The notes: generated from the sequence alone by a model not told the origin. Shown: positions 24,836-34,689, counted from the first letter of the stretch. The stretch is 58,812 bases of DNA from Bdellovibrionales bacterium (GCA_018969905.1 JAGWXK010000002.1:1-58812), one strand, 5' to 3'. Made by a program: numbers and translations.

Positions 24836-26304
24836 GAGCTCTTCCCCTCCAGACGGCTTGCCACCCGGAGCAGCGTGCTCTCCTCAAATCGCGGCGCGAT
24901 CAGATGCATTCCAATCGATAGCCCGAGCTGATCCCTCCCCACCGGGATACTCATGGCGGGAATTCCCGCAAGAGATGCGGGAATGGTGAAGATGTCGGTG
25001 AGATACATTTGCAGCGGGTTCTTCGCTTTTTCCCCAAGCTTGAAGGCAGTGGTCGGACTGACCGGAGAAACCAGAACATCGACTGACTGGAACGCCCGCT
25101 CAAAATCCTCCCTCATGAGCCTTCGCACTTGTGCGGCCTTCCGGTAGTAGGCATCAAAATATCCGCTCGAAAGGGCAAAGGTCCCAAGCATGATTCTTCG
25201 CTTCACTTCCGCTCCAAAAAGGGAACGCACATGCTTGTAAAAATCGGTGAGCGTCGACGCTTTCATCGCCGCATCCGGGCGCATCCCGAAACGAACACCA
25301 TCAAATCGCGACAGATTCGAGGATGCCTCACTGACGGCGATCACGTAATAGGTCGATACCGCATATTCAGTATGGGGAAGCGACACCGGAACCACGGTGG
25401 CCCCCTCGGACTTTAGAAATTCGATCGCGCGCTCAATTGCGATTCTCACCTCAGCATCAATTCCGTCGATGAAATACTCTGAAGGAATTCCAACCCTGAG
25501 ACCTTTCAAGGTTCCGGAATCAGACTTCGCGTGATCCACCACCGCTCCCCAATCCTCCACCGGCCGATCTGAAGTCGTGGAATCGCAGGGGTCGATCCCT
25601 GCCATCACCCTGGTCAAGACGGCGGCATCATGTACGGTTCTTGTCATAGGTCCGATCTGATCGAGCGAGGATGCAAAGGCAATTTGTCCGTAGCGGGAAA
25701 TCCGCCCATAGGTGGGCTTTAGCCCCACCACTCCACAAAACGATGCAGGCAAACGAATCGAGCCTCCGGTGTCCGTTCCGAGTGCCGCAACACAGAGATC
25801 AGCCGCAACTGCGGTTCCGGATCCTCCGCTTGAACCCCCGGGCACCCGATCCGGATGGGTCGGATGAAGCACCGGCCCAAAGGCGGAGTTCTCGTTTGAG
25901 CTCCCCATGGCAAATTCATCCATGTTCAATTTTCCAAGTGAGATGGCACCCGCAACCTCGAGTCTTTCTACTGCGGTTGCGGTGAACGGAGGAATGTAAT
26001 CTTGCAGCATGTTCGATGCGCAAGTCGTGCGAATTCCATCCATGGTGAGCACATCCTTGATTCCAAGAGGAATTCCATAGAGCGGATGACTCGCACGTGG
26101 AACCTTTCCCTGAAATTTGGTTTTGAGACTTGCCCGCAATTCTTCTGCCTGCCTGAGCGCTCGGTCCTCGCAAAGCGTGATGTAAGCATTGTGTCGACTT
26201 GCCTTGATGCGTTCGAAAAAAGATTCCGTGAGGGCAAGAGGATCGCTCGATCCTGCGTCGAAGGAGTCGTGAATTTCCCGGATGGATGAAAGTGGATTCC
26301 TCAT
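24832..26304 (-). CDS. gatA: Glutamyl-tRNA(Gln) amidotransferase subunit A
   Basis: Amidase signature GGSSGGSGTAVAADLCVAALGTDTGGSIRLPASFCGVVGLKPTYGRISRYG. Confidence 0.93.
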   Translation of the reverse strand: MRNPLSSIREIHDSFDAGSSDPLALTESFFERIKASRHNAYITLCEDRALRQAEELRASLKTKFQGKVPRASHPLYGIPLGIKDVLTMDGIRTTCASNMLQDYIPPFTATAVERLEVAGAISLGKLNMDEFAMGSSNENSAFGPVLHPTHPDRVPGGSSGGSGTAVAADLCVAALGTDTGGSIRLPASFCGVVGLKPTYGRISRYGQIAFASSLDQIGPMTRTVHDAAVLTRVMAGIDPCDSTTSDRPVEDWGAVVDHAKSDSGTLKGLRVGIPSEYFIDGIDAEVRIAIERAIEFLKSEGATVVPVSLPHTEYAVSTYYVIAVSEASSNLSRFDGVRFGMRPDAAMKASTLTDFYKHVRSLFGAEVKRRIMLGTFALSSGYFDAYYRKAAQVRRLMREDFERAFQSVDVLVSPVSPTTAFKLGEKAKNPLQMYLTDIFTIPASLAGIPAMSIPVGRDQLGLSIGMHLIAPRFEESTLLRVASRLEGKSS

Positions 26305-26312
26305 CGCAAGCC

Positions 26313-26615
26313 CTACCCCACAATTTGAGGGACCTTGAATCCCCCATCCTCAACCAAGGGCGCATGCTTCAGGATCTTGGGTTTTCCCTCCTCATCGACC
26401 GGAAACTCGCAAACCCGGTCCTCTCGCAAACGGAGTGCCTCATCGATCCCGTAAAACATCGGCTCGACTCCATCCGTATTCACTCTCGTGAGTTGATTCA
26501 CATGATTCAAAATTTCGCCAATGGAGGTGACGTAATTCCCGATCTCACCATCCTCAAGTTTCAGGCGGGACAGTTCCGCCACTTTCCGGATCAAGGCATC
26601 ATTGATATCGGCCAT
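26313..26615 (-). CDS. gatC: Asp/Glu-tRNA amidotransferase subunit C
   Basis: The ATG at 26615 gives MADINDALIRKVAELSRLKLEDGEI..., 100 aa, directly upstream of gatA. The ORF-track N-terminal extension to 26804 is rejected. Confidence 0.85.
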   Translation of the reverse strand: MADINDALIRKVAELSRLKLEDGEIGNYVTSIGEILNHVNQLTRVNTDGVEPMFYGIDEALRLREDRVCEFPVDEEGKPKILKHAPLVEDGGFKVPQIVG

Positions 26616-26699
26616 AGGCCCCTGAAATTGCCATAAAGACGCGGAAATGACGAACAATTTGTTGTAAATCCCGAAGCTGTTTGTGATAGGTTTCGAGCC

Positions 26700-27023
26700 A
26701 TGAAATCCATCTCCATTCCCGAACTCCATGCTGCCTGTCAGAATCCAAAATCCGACGAGATCATTCTGGATGTCCGAACCCCCGGAGAGTTTGCTGAGGG
26801 TCATGTTCCTGGATCAAAAAACATCCCCTTTGACCAGGTGATGAATCATTTTGAATCTTTGAATAAATACAAAACCCTGTACATATACTGCCGGGCAGGT
26901 GGACGTGCGATCACCGCGTGTCAGATCCTCGAAACCATGGGCGCAAAAAACCTGATGTGTGTGGACGATGGCGGATTCCCTGATTGGCAGGAGCTTGGAT
27001 ACAAAGTCTCAACGCAAGGCTAA
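26700..27023 (+). CDS. Rhodanese-domain sulfurtransferase-like protein
   Basis: 107 aa with ILDVRTPGEFAEGHVPGSKNIP and the active-site loop YCRAGGRA. Confidence 0.85.
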   Translation: MKSISIPELHAACQNPKSDEIILDVRTPGEFAEGHVPGSKNIPFDQVMNHFESLNKYKTLYIYCRAGGRAITACQILETMGAKNLMCVDDGGFPDWQELGYKVSTQG

Positions 27024-27656
27024 GTCGGTCTTTGGCCTGCCCGGTGCCGTGGGCCTGTGATCATAGGCAAGCGTATAGCAGATTCGAGACGGATTGTTTT
27101 CACAGGTTTCCGCAGTCATCCTGGGACGCCCACTTTGATCGCTTACCGCAATCCTTCCCGATACCACCCGCGCAACACCGCAAACCTTGGGGTCATCAAA
27201 GGATTGAGCCACCGTTGCCTCCCAATCCCGCACGCCGCACACGCCACCGCGATTGAACATTTCCCGTCCGACCGCACCGAAAGGCAACAAGATCACACCT
27301 TCTCTTGTCTCTGAGTACTCACCTCTTCCGGAAATCACGTTTGTTGATTCGGTTTCCTGCTGATACAGAATCTGTGCACAGTGTTTATCCAGCGCCACTC
27401 GCTGGGTTCGATGAATCCGTCCCTCATTAAACTCCAGGATCTCCTTGAAAAACACACTAGACTTGGTTGGATGGGAAACGCAGGAACTGATCCACTTGCC
27501 TTCCAGGCTGAAATCGGACCGCCGTTGCTGATCGGCATTCCGAAGTGGATCTGAATCAATCACACGCTCTGTTTCCCGAGATGAATAGTCCATCACTCGC
27601 GATCCGCAACCAAAGATCAAACCCAAAACACAAACGCTCGCAAAGCTGATTCTCAT
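27009..27656 (-). CDS. Hypothetical lipoprotein
   Basis: Lipobox MRISFASVCVLGLIFGC-GS. 215 aa, no family motif recognised. Its 3' end overlaps the rhodanese gene by 15 nt. Confidence 0.55.
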   Translation of the reverse strand: MRISFASVCVLGLIFGCGSRVMDYSSRETERVIDSDPLRNADQQRRSDFSLEGKWISSCVSHPTKSSVFFKEILEFNEGRIHRTQRVALDKHCAQILYQQETESTNVISGRGEYSETREGVILLPFGAVGREMFNRGGVCGVRDWEATVAQSFDDPKVCGVARVVSGRIAVSDQSGRPRMTAETCENNPSRICYTLAYDHRPTAPGRPKTDLALR

Positions 27657-27782
27657 TCCGAGTCCCCCTAATTCACGACACGACGTTTCACATGAACAGA
27701 GCGCCTTGTCAACGAATTTCCTTTACTAGGTGCTGAGCGAAAGGTAGTTCTCCTAGCCGTGAGGCTCAAGGGGGGTCATCGC

Positions 27783-28787
27783 ATGAAATCATCAATGCGT
27801 TTAGGAGCGCTTTTTGCGTTCTTTTTGTGCACTACTGCATTCGCCGAAGCAGAAAGTCAGAGTTTGGGTGCGGAAGAGTCGAGATTTTTTGGAATCATCA
27901 ATACCTTTCGGGCGAGACTGAGTCTTCCGCGCCTTGTGCTAGAGCCAACACTCATGCTCGCGGCCAGAAATCACAGCACCTGGATGGCGGGAATGGACTT
28001 CCTGACTCACTACGGGCCAGTGAACCAGCAAACCCCATTTCAGAGAATGAGGGGACTTGGATACTCAAACTACACCTTCGCTGGCGAAAACATCGCATGC
28101 GGATTTGGCGGAGCAACCGACACATTCCTTCAATTTTCAAAATCACCGACCCATCTTCGAAACATGATGCATCCACAGTTCCACCAAATGGGAATCGCCC
28201 GCGCGGGCACAGGAAAAGAACGATGCCCCTTTTACTGGGCGAACGAATTCGGCTCCATTCGTCCCGAGAGTCCTGAGCCAGAGGAGATCAACAACCCGGA
28301 CCTCGTTCAAGAGGCCATAGAGCTTGCTACAGGAAGACGGGTGGAAACCAAGGAGGTCGAGGAAGATTCAGCTCCCTCGAGTGCTGGCGTTTCAAACCAG
28401 GATGCAATACGAATCAACCCTCTGGGGAACCTCGACATCACCATAGTGCAGTGTACAATCCCATCCACAAGCGCGAAGGGAATCTTCACCTTCAATGCGA
28501 ACACGGATGCGATCGTGGAATTTGAGCGTGATACGAATTCGGTCTTTCGCGGAAAGGTGTCCTATGTTCAAAATGGGAAGGCGTCACTTCTTGCTCCGGT
28601 TTTCCTTGGCACCGTAAGTGTGGTTTCGAACGCGGAGTTTCCAATCTTGAGTGTATTCTCTGCCCCTGGTGCCCGAATCGGGGGATTCTCGATTCAGCTC
28701 AACACCAGGACGAACCAAGCTCAATTTGATGGCTTTCCTGCACGTCCTGGTAGCGCCGGTTCCGTTCTCTGCACCATGAAATTCTAG
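27783..28787 (+). CDS. Secreted CAP/SCP (cysteine-rich secretory protein, YkwD-like) domain protein with a roughly 170-aa C-terminal extension
   Basis: The ATG at 27783 gives the signal MKSSMRLGALFAFFLCTTAFA. CAP-like motifs are FRARLSLPRLVLEPTLMLAARNHSTWM, GENIACG, HLRNMMHPQFHQMGIA and YWANEFG. The track start at 27759 is a GTG. Confidence 0.7.
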   Translation: MKSSMRLGALFAFFLCTTAFAEAESQSLGAEESRFFGIINTFRARLSLPRLVLEPTLMLAARNHSTWMAGMDFLTHYGPVNQQTPFQRMRGLGYSNYTFAGENIACGFGGATDTFLQFSKSPTHLRNMMHPQFHQMGIARAGTGKERCPFYWANEFGSIRPESPEPEEINNPDLVQEAIELATGRRVETKEVEEDSAPSSAGVSNQDAIRINPLGNLDITIVQCTIPSTSAKGIFTFNANTDAIVEFERDTNSVFRGKVSYVQNGKASLLAPVFLGTVSVVSNAEFPILSVFSAPGARIGGFSIQLNTRTNQAQFDGFPARPGSAGSVLCTMKF

Positions 28788-28790
28788 CGG

Positions 28791-29768
28791 TCAGCCTCGA
28801 AGAGTTCCCACGATTGATTCGATGGTCTCAAATTCAGGGCTCCAACCAAGCTTTGATTTTGCGAGGGTTGAATCGGCCAAAAGCACGGGAGGATCACCTT
28901 CTCTTCTTTGGGCCAGCTCGACCTTTACCTTTTTTCCGAATTTTTGCTCAACAGCGCGAATCACTTCAAGAACAGAAAATCCTTTTCCTATTCCAAGATT
29001 GAAGGCCTGAAATGAATTCAAACCGGGAAGCAGCTTCAGAGCCGCAACGTGGGCGCGCGCAAGGTCCTTTACATGAATGTAATCGCGGATGCAGGTCCCG
29101 TCCGGAGTTGAGTAGTCATTCCCGAAAAGCTTCAGGGTATAGGCGGGATCAAGCGCAGCCCTCACCGCATTCGGGATCAAATGCGTTTCAGGATCATGCG
29201 CCTCCCAAAGCTCACCCTCGGGATCAGCGCCTGCTGCATTGAAATACCGAAGAGCGACCGATTGGAGTCCATAAGCCCGTGAATAGTCACGAAGCGCATT
29301 CTCCATCAAGAGCTTGGTCTCACCATAGGGATTGATCGGATCCTTTGGGTGATCTTCATCAATCGGCACCCGAACCGGCATCCCGTACACTGCTGCTGTG
29401 CTGGAAAACACAAAGAACTGGATATTGGTCTTCCGAACCGCTGAAAGGAGAGATAACGAACCGCTCACATTGTTCTCATAATACTTTTGTGGATCGACAA
29501 CCGACTCACTCACAACAATCGACGAAGCAAAGTGCATTACCGCATCGATCTCATGCTTTTTCATCACATCAACGAGGAGGCTTTGATCCCTCAAATCTCC
29601 CTCCTCCAGCGGCCCCCACTTTACAAACTCACGATGCCCCTCTTCCAAGCGATCAAACACAACAGGATTAAATCCGTTCTTCCCGAGTTCCTTGCAAACG
29701 TGGCTGCCAATGTAGCCTGCACCCCCGGTCACGAGAATGTTCTTTAGCCCCGCCATGGGCTGTTTCAT
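28791..29768 (-). CDS. galE: UDP-glucose 4-epimerase
   Basis: NILVTGGAGYIGSH Rossmann motif, S...YGETK (YxxxK), and LRYFNAAGA. The ATG at 29768 forms an ATGA overlap with the upstream stop. Alternative starts are at 29786 and 29756. Confidence 0.9.
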   Translation of the reverse strand: MKQPMAGLKNILVTGGAGYIGSHVCKELGKNGFNPVVFDRLEEGHREFVKWGPLEEGDLRDQSLLVDVMKKHEIDAVMHFASSIVVSESVVDPQKYYENNVSGSLSLLSAVRKTNIQFFVFSSTAAVYGMPVRVPIDEDHPKDPINPYGETKLLMENALRDYSRAYGLQSVALRYFNAAGADPEGELWEAHDPETHLIPNAVRAALDPAYTLKLFGNDYSTPDGTCIRDYIHVKDLARAHVAALKLLPGLNSFQAFNLGIGKGFSVLEVIRAVEQKFGKKVKVELAQRREGDPPVLLADSTLAKSKLGWSPEFETIESIVGTLRG

Positions 29769-30934
29769 ACGCTCTTTTGAGTCCATTTGAATTCAAATCC
29801 ACGCTTCTGGATTTCCTGGAAGAACGGCATCTTCGGAACCCCAAGCTCGGGCGGCAATACGCCTTTGGCAGTAAGTTTGCCAGCCACGATCATTTGTCCA
29901 ACGATCGAAGCAGTGAACCCGGTGGTTCTTTGCATCGAAGTGAGTCCGGTTTTTTCATCGGAATAATCACAGATCCAATGTTCGATGACGGTTTTCTTGC
30001 CATCCTTCATGCCCTCCGACACGGTCTGAATGAAGGACACATCTTTTTCTCCGCCCTTTGGCATGAGGAACTTTTCCATCACCGCCTTGGTCAGCGCTCT
30101 TGGCTCAACCATGCCTCGCTCGGTCTTGACCTCCTCGCGCGAGAAAAACCCCACATCGCGAAGGGTTTTCAAAAAGGTCAGGTGGCCCGGGTAGCGGACA
30201 AACTTATTTTCAAGGTTCTTGACCCTGCCCTCATAGGTCCAAGGCAGGGTGGACAGCATCCCCATCCCGTGGGTTGCTTCCACCTTTCCAACAACAGGCA
30301 GGTCACACTGCTCAATCTCGGTCATCGGTGCAATTTCGACCATCTTTCCATTTCGCATCTGCGTCGTCATGCCGGTGTATTCATTGGTCAGAGTCTCGAT
30401 GGCAAACACGAGGTGATAAAAGAGCGGAGGTTTCGGATAAAGGGGAATTCCTCCATCCCTCGTGATGATGGTGTCTGCCGAATCAAGAATTTCCATGGCA
30501 TGCCCCACGGTGATATTCGTCATGCCCGGCCCCATGCCGCAATCCGGAATGATGGTGATTCCGGCGGCTTTCGCTTCGCTCGAAAGCTCAAGCTGCTTCA
30601 ACACCCGCTCGGTATCGCCTCCGAGATCCACCATCGGAACCTTTGCCTTGATTGCAGCTTGCGTTATCTCAAGCGCGAACTTGTAGGGTGCTGCATTCAG
30701 AATAAGATCACAATCCTTCGCCGCAACCGCAGTGGCATTCACATCTGCAACATCCACCTTGATCTCGGTCAACTTTTGGGGCTTCGTGTGCTTTTCCAGA
30801 AACTCCCGGAGCTTCGTGGTCATGCCGGGAAACGCATCTGCGAGAAGAAGCTCCGATGGATTTCCAAATTTGATCAGATCAAGCGCAGCCCCGTACGCCT
30901 GCATTCCGCATCCCAACAAAAGTACCTTTTTCAT
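29765..30934 (-). CDS. Saccharopine dehydrogenase family oxidoreductase (NADP-binding plus C-terminal domain)
   Basis: The ATG at 30934 gives MKKVLLLGCGMQAYGAALDL (Rossmann). It also has LILNAAPYKF and IIPDCGMGPGMTNI, typical of this family. The track extension to 31135 is rejected. Confidence 0.7.
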   Translation of the reverse strand: MKKVLLLGCGMQAYGAALDLIKFGNPSELLLADAFPGMTTKLREFLEKHTKPQKLTEIKVDVADVNATAVAAKDCDLILNAAPYKFALEITQAAIKAKVPMVDLGGDTERVLKQLELSSEAKAAGITIIPDCGMGPGMTNITVGHAMEILDSADTIITRDGGIPLYPKPPLFYHLVFAIETLTNEYTGMTTQMRNGKMVEIAPMTEIEQCDLPVVGKVEATHGMGMLSTLPWTYEGRVKNLENKFVRYPGHLTFLKTLRDVGFFSREEVKTERGMVEPRALTKAVMEKFLMPKGGEKDVSFIQTVSEGMKDGKKTVIEHWICDYSDEKTGLTSMQRTTGFTASIVGQMIVAGKLTAKGVLPPELGVPKMPFFQEIQKRGFEFKWTQKSV

Positions 30935-31007
30935 GGGTACCGAAACTATCTCGGTTTTAGAGGCCGGAAAAGAAATTTCTGAAATTAACCGCGCAGCTCC
31001 GAGCCAT

Positions 31008-32951
31008 TTACCCGAGTAAAACGCCCAAGTCTTCCCAGCGGGCAAGTTTTTGATCCAATAGCACTTGAGCCCGCGACTGCTCCTCAATCCACTCCCGAAG
31101 CCGCTCCGGGGCACTCGCATGATCGCCTGTTGCAATCGCCTCGTTCAGCTCTAAAATCCGCTTCTCAAGCTGCGTGATCTCATTTTCAACTTTCTTGAGT
31201 TCCGTCTCCCAGGCCTTGCGTTGGTTATTGGAAACCTTCGGAGTTTCAAGGCGATGGGTGACGGCTCCGAGCGTAGGTTTTAATGCATCGGGTTTTGCGG
31301 ATCGCTTGAGCTTCTCGCGGGTCTCCTCCACTTTTTTCGCAAGATATTCCTCATAGGTGCAAACCAACGGAGTGACCTTTTGGTCCCGGATCTCGAGCAA
31401 CTGATCCGCAAGTGGTGCCACAAAATCCCGATCATGCGACACCAGACACAAAGTCCCCTGATAATCCATCAGCGCCTGGAGCAAAACTTCGCGGGAATCC
31501 GAATCCAAGTGGTTTGTGGGCTCATCGAGCAACAAAAAATTATTGGGAGTGAGCAGGAGTTTTGCTAGGGCCACACGCGCCTTTTCGCCACCCGAGAGAA
31601 CCCCGATCTTCTTGTTCACATCATCCCCGGTAAACAGAAATGCTCCCGCAATTCCCCTGACTTCCGCAATTTCAAGATGGGGCGCCGTATCCTCGAGCTC
31701 CTGAAGGATTGTGTGGTCCAGCCTGAGAGTCTCGGCCTGCAGTTGCGAATAGTAACCAACCTTCACCTGATGGCCTAGTTTCAGGGTTCCCTCGCTGAGC
31801 CTTACCTCGCCCGAAAGTCCGCGCGCGAGGGTTTTCAGCAAAGTCGTTTTGCCTGCGCCATTCACCCCGACAATTGCAACCCGAGAGCCCCGTTGCAAAA
31901 TCCAATCGAATCCTGAAAAAATCGTTTTTGAATGCCCTGAATCCTCTCCGAAACGCACTCCTGCGGCCTTGAGGGTTGCCACCTCTTTCCCGCTCGGGGG
32001 GCAAGGCGGAAAACGAAAACGCACCTTGGAGCGGGATTCCGGAAGCTCGATGAACTCCATCTTTTCAAGTTGCTTTGCCCGGCTTTGGGCTTGCCTGGCC
32101 TTACTGGCCTTTGCTCCAAATCGCTCAATGAAGGCCCGAAGCTCGGCCGCTTTTTGCTGCTGACCCTCGAATTGGGCCTCCAAAACCTTGAGACGTTCCT
32201 CCTTTTGCAAAATGAAAGCATCAAGATTTCCGGCATACGCCTGGATTTTTCGCTGATCGATTTCCCAAACCTCATCCACCAGGCGATTGAGGAACAGGCG
32301 ATCATGACTCACCATCAGAATGGCACCTGGATAGTTTTTCAAAAACTCCTCAAGCCAAAGGAGGGATTCAAGATCAAGATGGTTCGTAGGCTCATCCAGA
32401 ATCAAAAGGTCCGGCTGCAGAAGAAGGACCCGGGCAAGAGCCACGCGCATGAGCCATCCGCCGCTTAACTCCGAGAGATTTCGATGAAAATCCCTCTCAG
32501 AAAATCCAACACCCTCCAAAATTCTCGCCGCCCTTGATGGAAGTCGATACTCATCCAGCGCATCGAATTCTTCGAGCACTCTCGCATAGGCCGCTAGAGT
32601 CGCAGGATCATTGCCTCCGTCGGCTCCGTGTTGCATTTTATTTTCAAGATCGGCTTTCTGCGCAAGGATCTCCTCCCGCCGCCCATCCAGTCGCATGACC
32701 TCCTCGAGTATGGTGCGATTCTCAAATTTCGGAAGCTCTTGGGCAAGATGGCCGATCTTGATGAATGGATCTCTGACAATGGCACCGTGCTCAAAGGTGT
32801 CCTCCCCCAGGATCATTCGGATCAAAGTGCTCTTCCCTGCGCCATTTGCCCCGATCAATGCAATTCTTGATTTCTCGCCAAGGCTGGCAAACGCCCCTTC
32901 AAAAAGAATTTTCGAGCCGTATTGCTTGGAAAGATCTCGCAGCTGAATCAT
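31008..32951 (-). CDS. ABC-F family ATPase (two ABC domains, no membrane domain, C-terminal coiled coil)
   Basis: Two Walker A sites (GANGAGKST, GVNGAGKTT), two signatures (LSGGWLMR, LSGGEKAR) and two Walker B sites (LILDEPTNHLD, LLLDEPTNHLD). Its start codon overlaps the stop of the pseudopilin gene (tcat at 32948-32951). Confidence 0.9.
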   Translation of the reverse strand: MIQLRDLSKQYGSKILFEGAFASLGEKSRIALIGANGAGKSTLIRMILGEDTFEHGAIVRDPFIKIGHLAQELPKFENRTILEEVMRLDGRREEILAQKADLENKMQHGADGGNDPATLAAYARVLEEFDALDEYRLPSRAARILEGVGFSERDFHRNLSELSGGWLMRVALARVLLLQPDLLILDEPTNHLDLESLLWLEEFLKNYPGAILMVSHDRLFLNRLVDEVWEIDQRKIQAYAGNLDAFILQKEERLKVLEAQFEGQQQKAAELRAFIERFGAKASKARQAQSRAKQLEKMEFIELPESRSKVRFRFPPCPPSGKEVATLKAAGVRFGEDSGHSKTIFSGFDWILQRGSRVAIVGVNGAGKTTLLKTLARGLSGEVRLSEGTLKLGHQVKVGYYSQLQAETLRLDHTILQELEDTAPHLEIAEVRGIAGAFLFTGDDVNKKIGVLSGGEKARVALAKLLLTPNNFLLLDEPTNHLDSDSREVLLQALMDYQGTLCLVSHDRDFVAPLADQLLEIRDQKVTPLVCTYEEYLAKKVEETREKLKRSAKPDALKPTLGAVTHRLETPKVSNNQRKAWETELKKVENEITQLEKRILELNEAIATGDHASAPERLREWIEEQSRAQVLLDQKLARWEDLGVLLG

Positions 32952-33766
32952 GGATTGATGTCGATCTGTTTACAGGGAACCACAAAATTAGGAGAGTCCA
33001 CCGTAATCAACACGGGACCGATCATCTGGCCTGTTACTTTGATGATCAATGAGCGAACTCCGAAGGGGACCTGCGAAAACCTGAAATATCCATTGCCACC
33101 AGGACCGAGGTCCAGTCCCTCCTCCCTCAAACCACCTGTGCCGTCGGGAAAGCTCAGGTGGACTCTGGCCTCGGAATCAAAAGGCCCCCCATTGTCGCAG
33201 ATGAAGCCACTCACCGTGGCATACAATGCCTCTGTTGGCACACTGACCACAATGTCCGCATTCAAACCGGTGCCCCCGGGCTCTCTGTTCGCCCCATAAG
33301 AGGTCAAAGTGAGTTTATTGCCTGAAGTATCATATTGAATTGCAGTTCCCCAAGCATCGGTATCCACACTTGCACCAGGATTCGGAAGCGTAAGGTATGG
33401 TCCGCTCCATCCAAATGAAAGCCTGACCCCATTGTCCGGTGCAAACGCGGGGTAGGAGGAATTACTGATCAAAGCTCCGAGTCCCGGCGTGGGCGCCGCA
33501 GGAAGTCCGCCAAGATCTCCGAATATTCCGAAACTCGTCCGAATTCCCTGATTTCGAATTGCCGGATCCCCCACCAAAGCTACCTTGAGTTGTTCGAGCT
33601 TGGCGATCGTTTCCTGATACCTGGACTCATCCACATAGTCCGCCAACATATCCATGGAGGCAAGCGCAAGAATCGCAATGAGTCCCACGACCATGAGGAC
33701 CTCGATCAGCGTAAATCCCTGGGAATTTGGATGCTCATTCTTAGGGATCCTCAAGGTCGTCTCCAT
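32948..33766 (-). CDS. GspG-like pseudopilin with an extra C-terminal beta-sandwich-like domain (paralog of 45809..46639)
   Basis: Prepilin N-terminus QG-FTLIEVLMVVGLIAILA (Glu at +5), GspG-like core DAWGTAIQYD...SYGANREPGGTGLNADI, then about 110 extra aa containing YFRFSQVPFGVRSL. Confidence 0.75.
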   Translation of the reverse strand: METTLRIPKNEHPNSQGFTLIEVLMVVGLIAILALASMDMLADYVDESRYQETIAKLEQLKVALVGDPAIRNQGIRTSFGIFGDLGGLPAAPTPGLGALISNSSYPAFAPDNGVRLSFGWSGPYLTLPNPGASVDTDAWGTAIQYDTSGNKLTLTSYGANREPGGTGLNADIVVSVPTEALYATVSGFICDNGGPFDSEARVHLSFPDGTGGLREEGLDLGPGGNGYFRFSQVPFGVRSLIIKVTGQMIGPVLITVDSPNFVVPCKQIDINP

Positions 33767-34211
33767 TTCCGCAGGCCTGATCAGGCCCGCAACTCTTGAT
33801 TGCTCCCGTCACCGGATCATAATTGAACAAGGTCCCCCATCCGTCCGTCTGAAAGTCATTTGCATCTTCGGCAAAAATCGAATCAAGGTATGGTCCGCAC
33901 CATCCTTGAAGCTTCTGGTAGGTCGGACTGCCGGAATCATTGTCAAGTTCGCACGGAATTCCCTCATCAAGTATCAGTAGATCCAGAAGCACAGGATAAA
34001 ACCCGCCATGATCATCGTAATACTTGAGAATTGCGGCTTTCAGTCCCGAAAGCCGCTCCCTGGTTTTCATGGTCCTTTCGGTAAGGGTCGAAGGCGGCGC
34101 GAGCGACAAAACCACCACAGCCGCAAGCGATATCGAGAGAATCACCAGCATCACACTGATCAAGGAGAATCCTCGCCGATTTGAAATGCTAGAATGAAAT
34201 AACGATGTCAT
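33741..34211 (-). CDS. Minor pseudopilin lacking Glu5 (GspK/PilX-like position)
   Basis: The preferred ATG at 34211 gives MTSLFHSSISNRRG-FSLISVMLVILSISLAAVV, with Ser rather than Glu at +5. C-terminal DGWGTLFNYDPVTGAIKSCGPDQACGNGDD. Confidence 0.65.
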   Translation of the reverse strand: MTSLFHSSISNRRGFSLISVMLVILSISLAAVVVLSLAPPSTLTERTMKTRERLSGLKAAILKYYDDHGGFYPVLLDLLILDEGIPCELDNDSGSPTYQKLQGWCGPYLDSIFAEDANDFQTDGWGTLFNYDPVTGAIKSCGPDQACGNGDDLEDP

Positions 34212-34656
34212 CACTGGTTCCGGGACTTTGATCCGGTCCATGGCTCGTAATGGTTCTCCCGACTGAATTGTAATCGAAAGACTCACCCCATGCATCCTTG
34301 AAAGTTTCGGAATCAGAGGTGGAGAGATAGGGAGCTTTCCAGCCCTGTTGGGTCAAGGGGTTATATGCGCTCGCACAAATGCCGGAACCGGGCATGGCCG
34401 TAGTCAACTCAGAAAGAGTTAACGGAGGCACACCGCAGTGGGAAAGAAATCCAGGCTTCGTATACTTCCCGCCAGCCACAAGCCTGGAGTCACCCAAAAT
34501 CGCAAGCTTGATCAGATTCATCCTGTCTTTTGTGATCGCGATCCTGGCATCCCGTCCAAAGTCCACAAACACCGCCACTGCAATGGTAGCAAGGACTGAA
34601 ACCAATAAGATCGCCATGAGGAGCTCAATCAGGGTGAAGCCTTGCCTGTAATTCAT
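34189..34656 (-). CDS. GspG-like pseudopilin
   Basis: The ATG at 34656 (RBS GGGAG upstream) gives MNYRQG-FTLIELLMAILLVSVLA. C-terminal DAWGESFDYNSVGRTITSHGPDQSPGTSDDIV closely follows the T2SS GspG pattern (DPWGxxY...G(A/P)D...G...DI). Confidence 0.75.
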   Translation of the reverse strand: MNYRQGFTLIELLMAILLVSVLATIAVAVFVDFGRDARIAITKDRMNLIKLAILGDSRLVAGGKYTKPGFLSHCGVPPLTLSELTTAMPGSGICASAYNPLTQQGWKAPYLSTSDSETFKDAWGESFDYNSVGRTITSHGPDQSPGTSDDIVISF

Positions 34657-34689
34657 CTTGCTCCCAAACACGGGGGGACTAAGGATCAA

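Noticed and set aside
26616-26804. 63-codon N-terminal extension of the gatC ORF
   Set aside because: GatC is about 95-100 aa, and MADINDALIRKVAELSRLKL is a typical GatC N-terminus. The extension would also overlap the divergent rhodanese gene start at 26700.
29777-30982. 401-aa plus-strand ORF
   Set aside because: It is antisense to the saccharopine-dehydrogenase-like gene, which has clear Rossmann and family motifs. The translation has no recognisable features.
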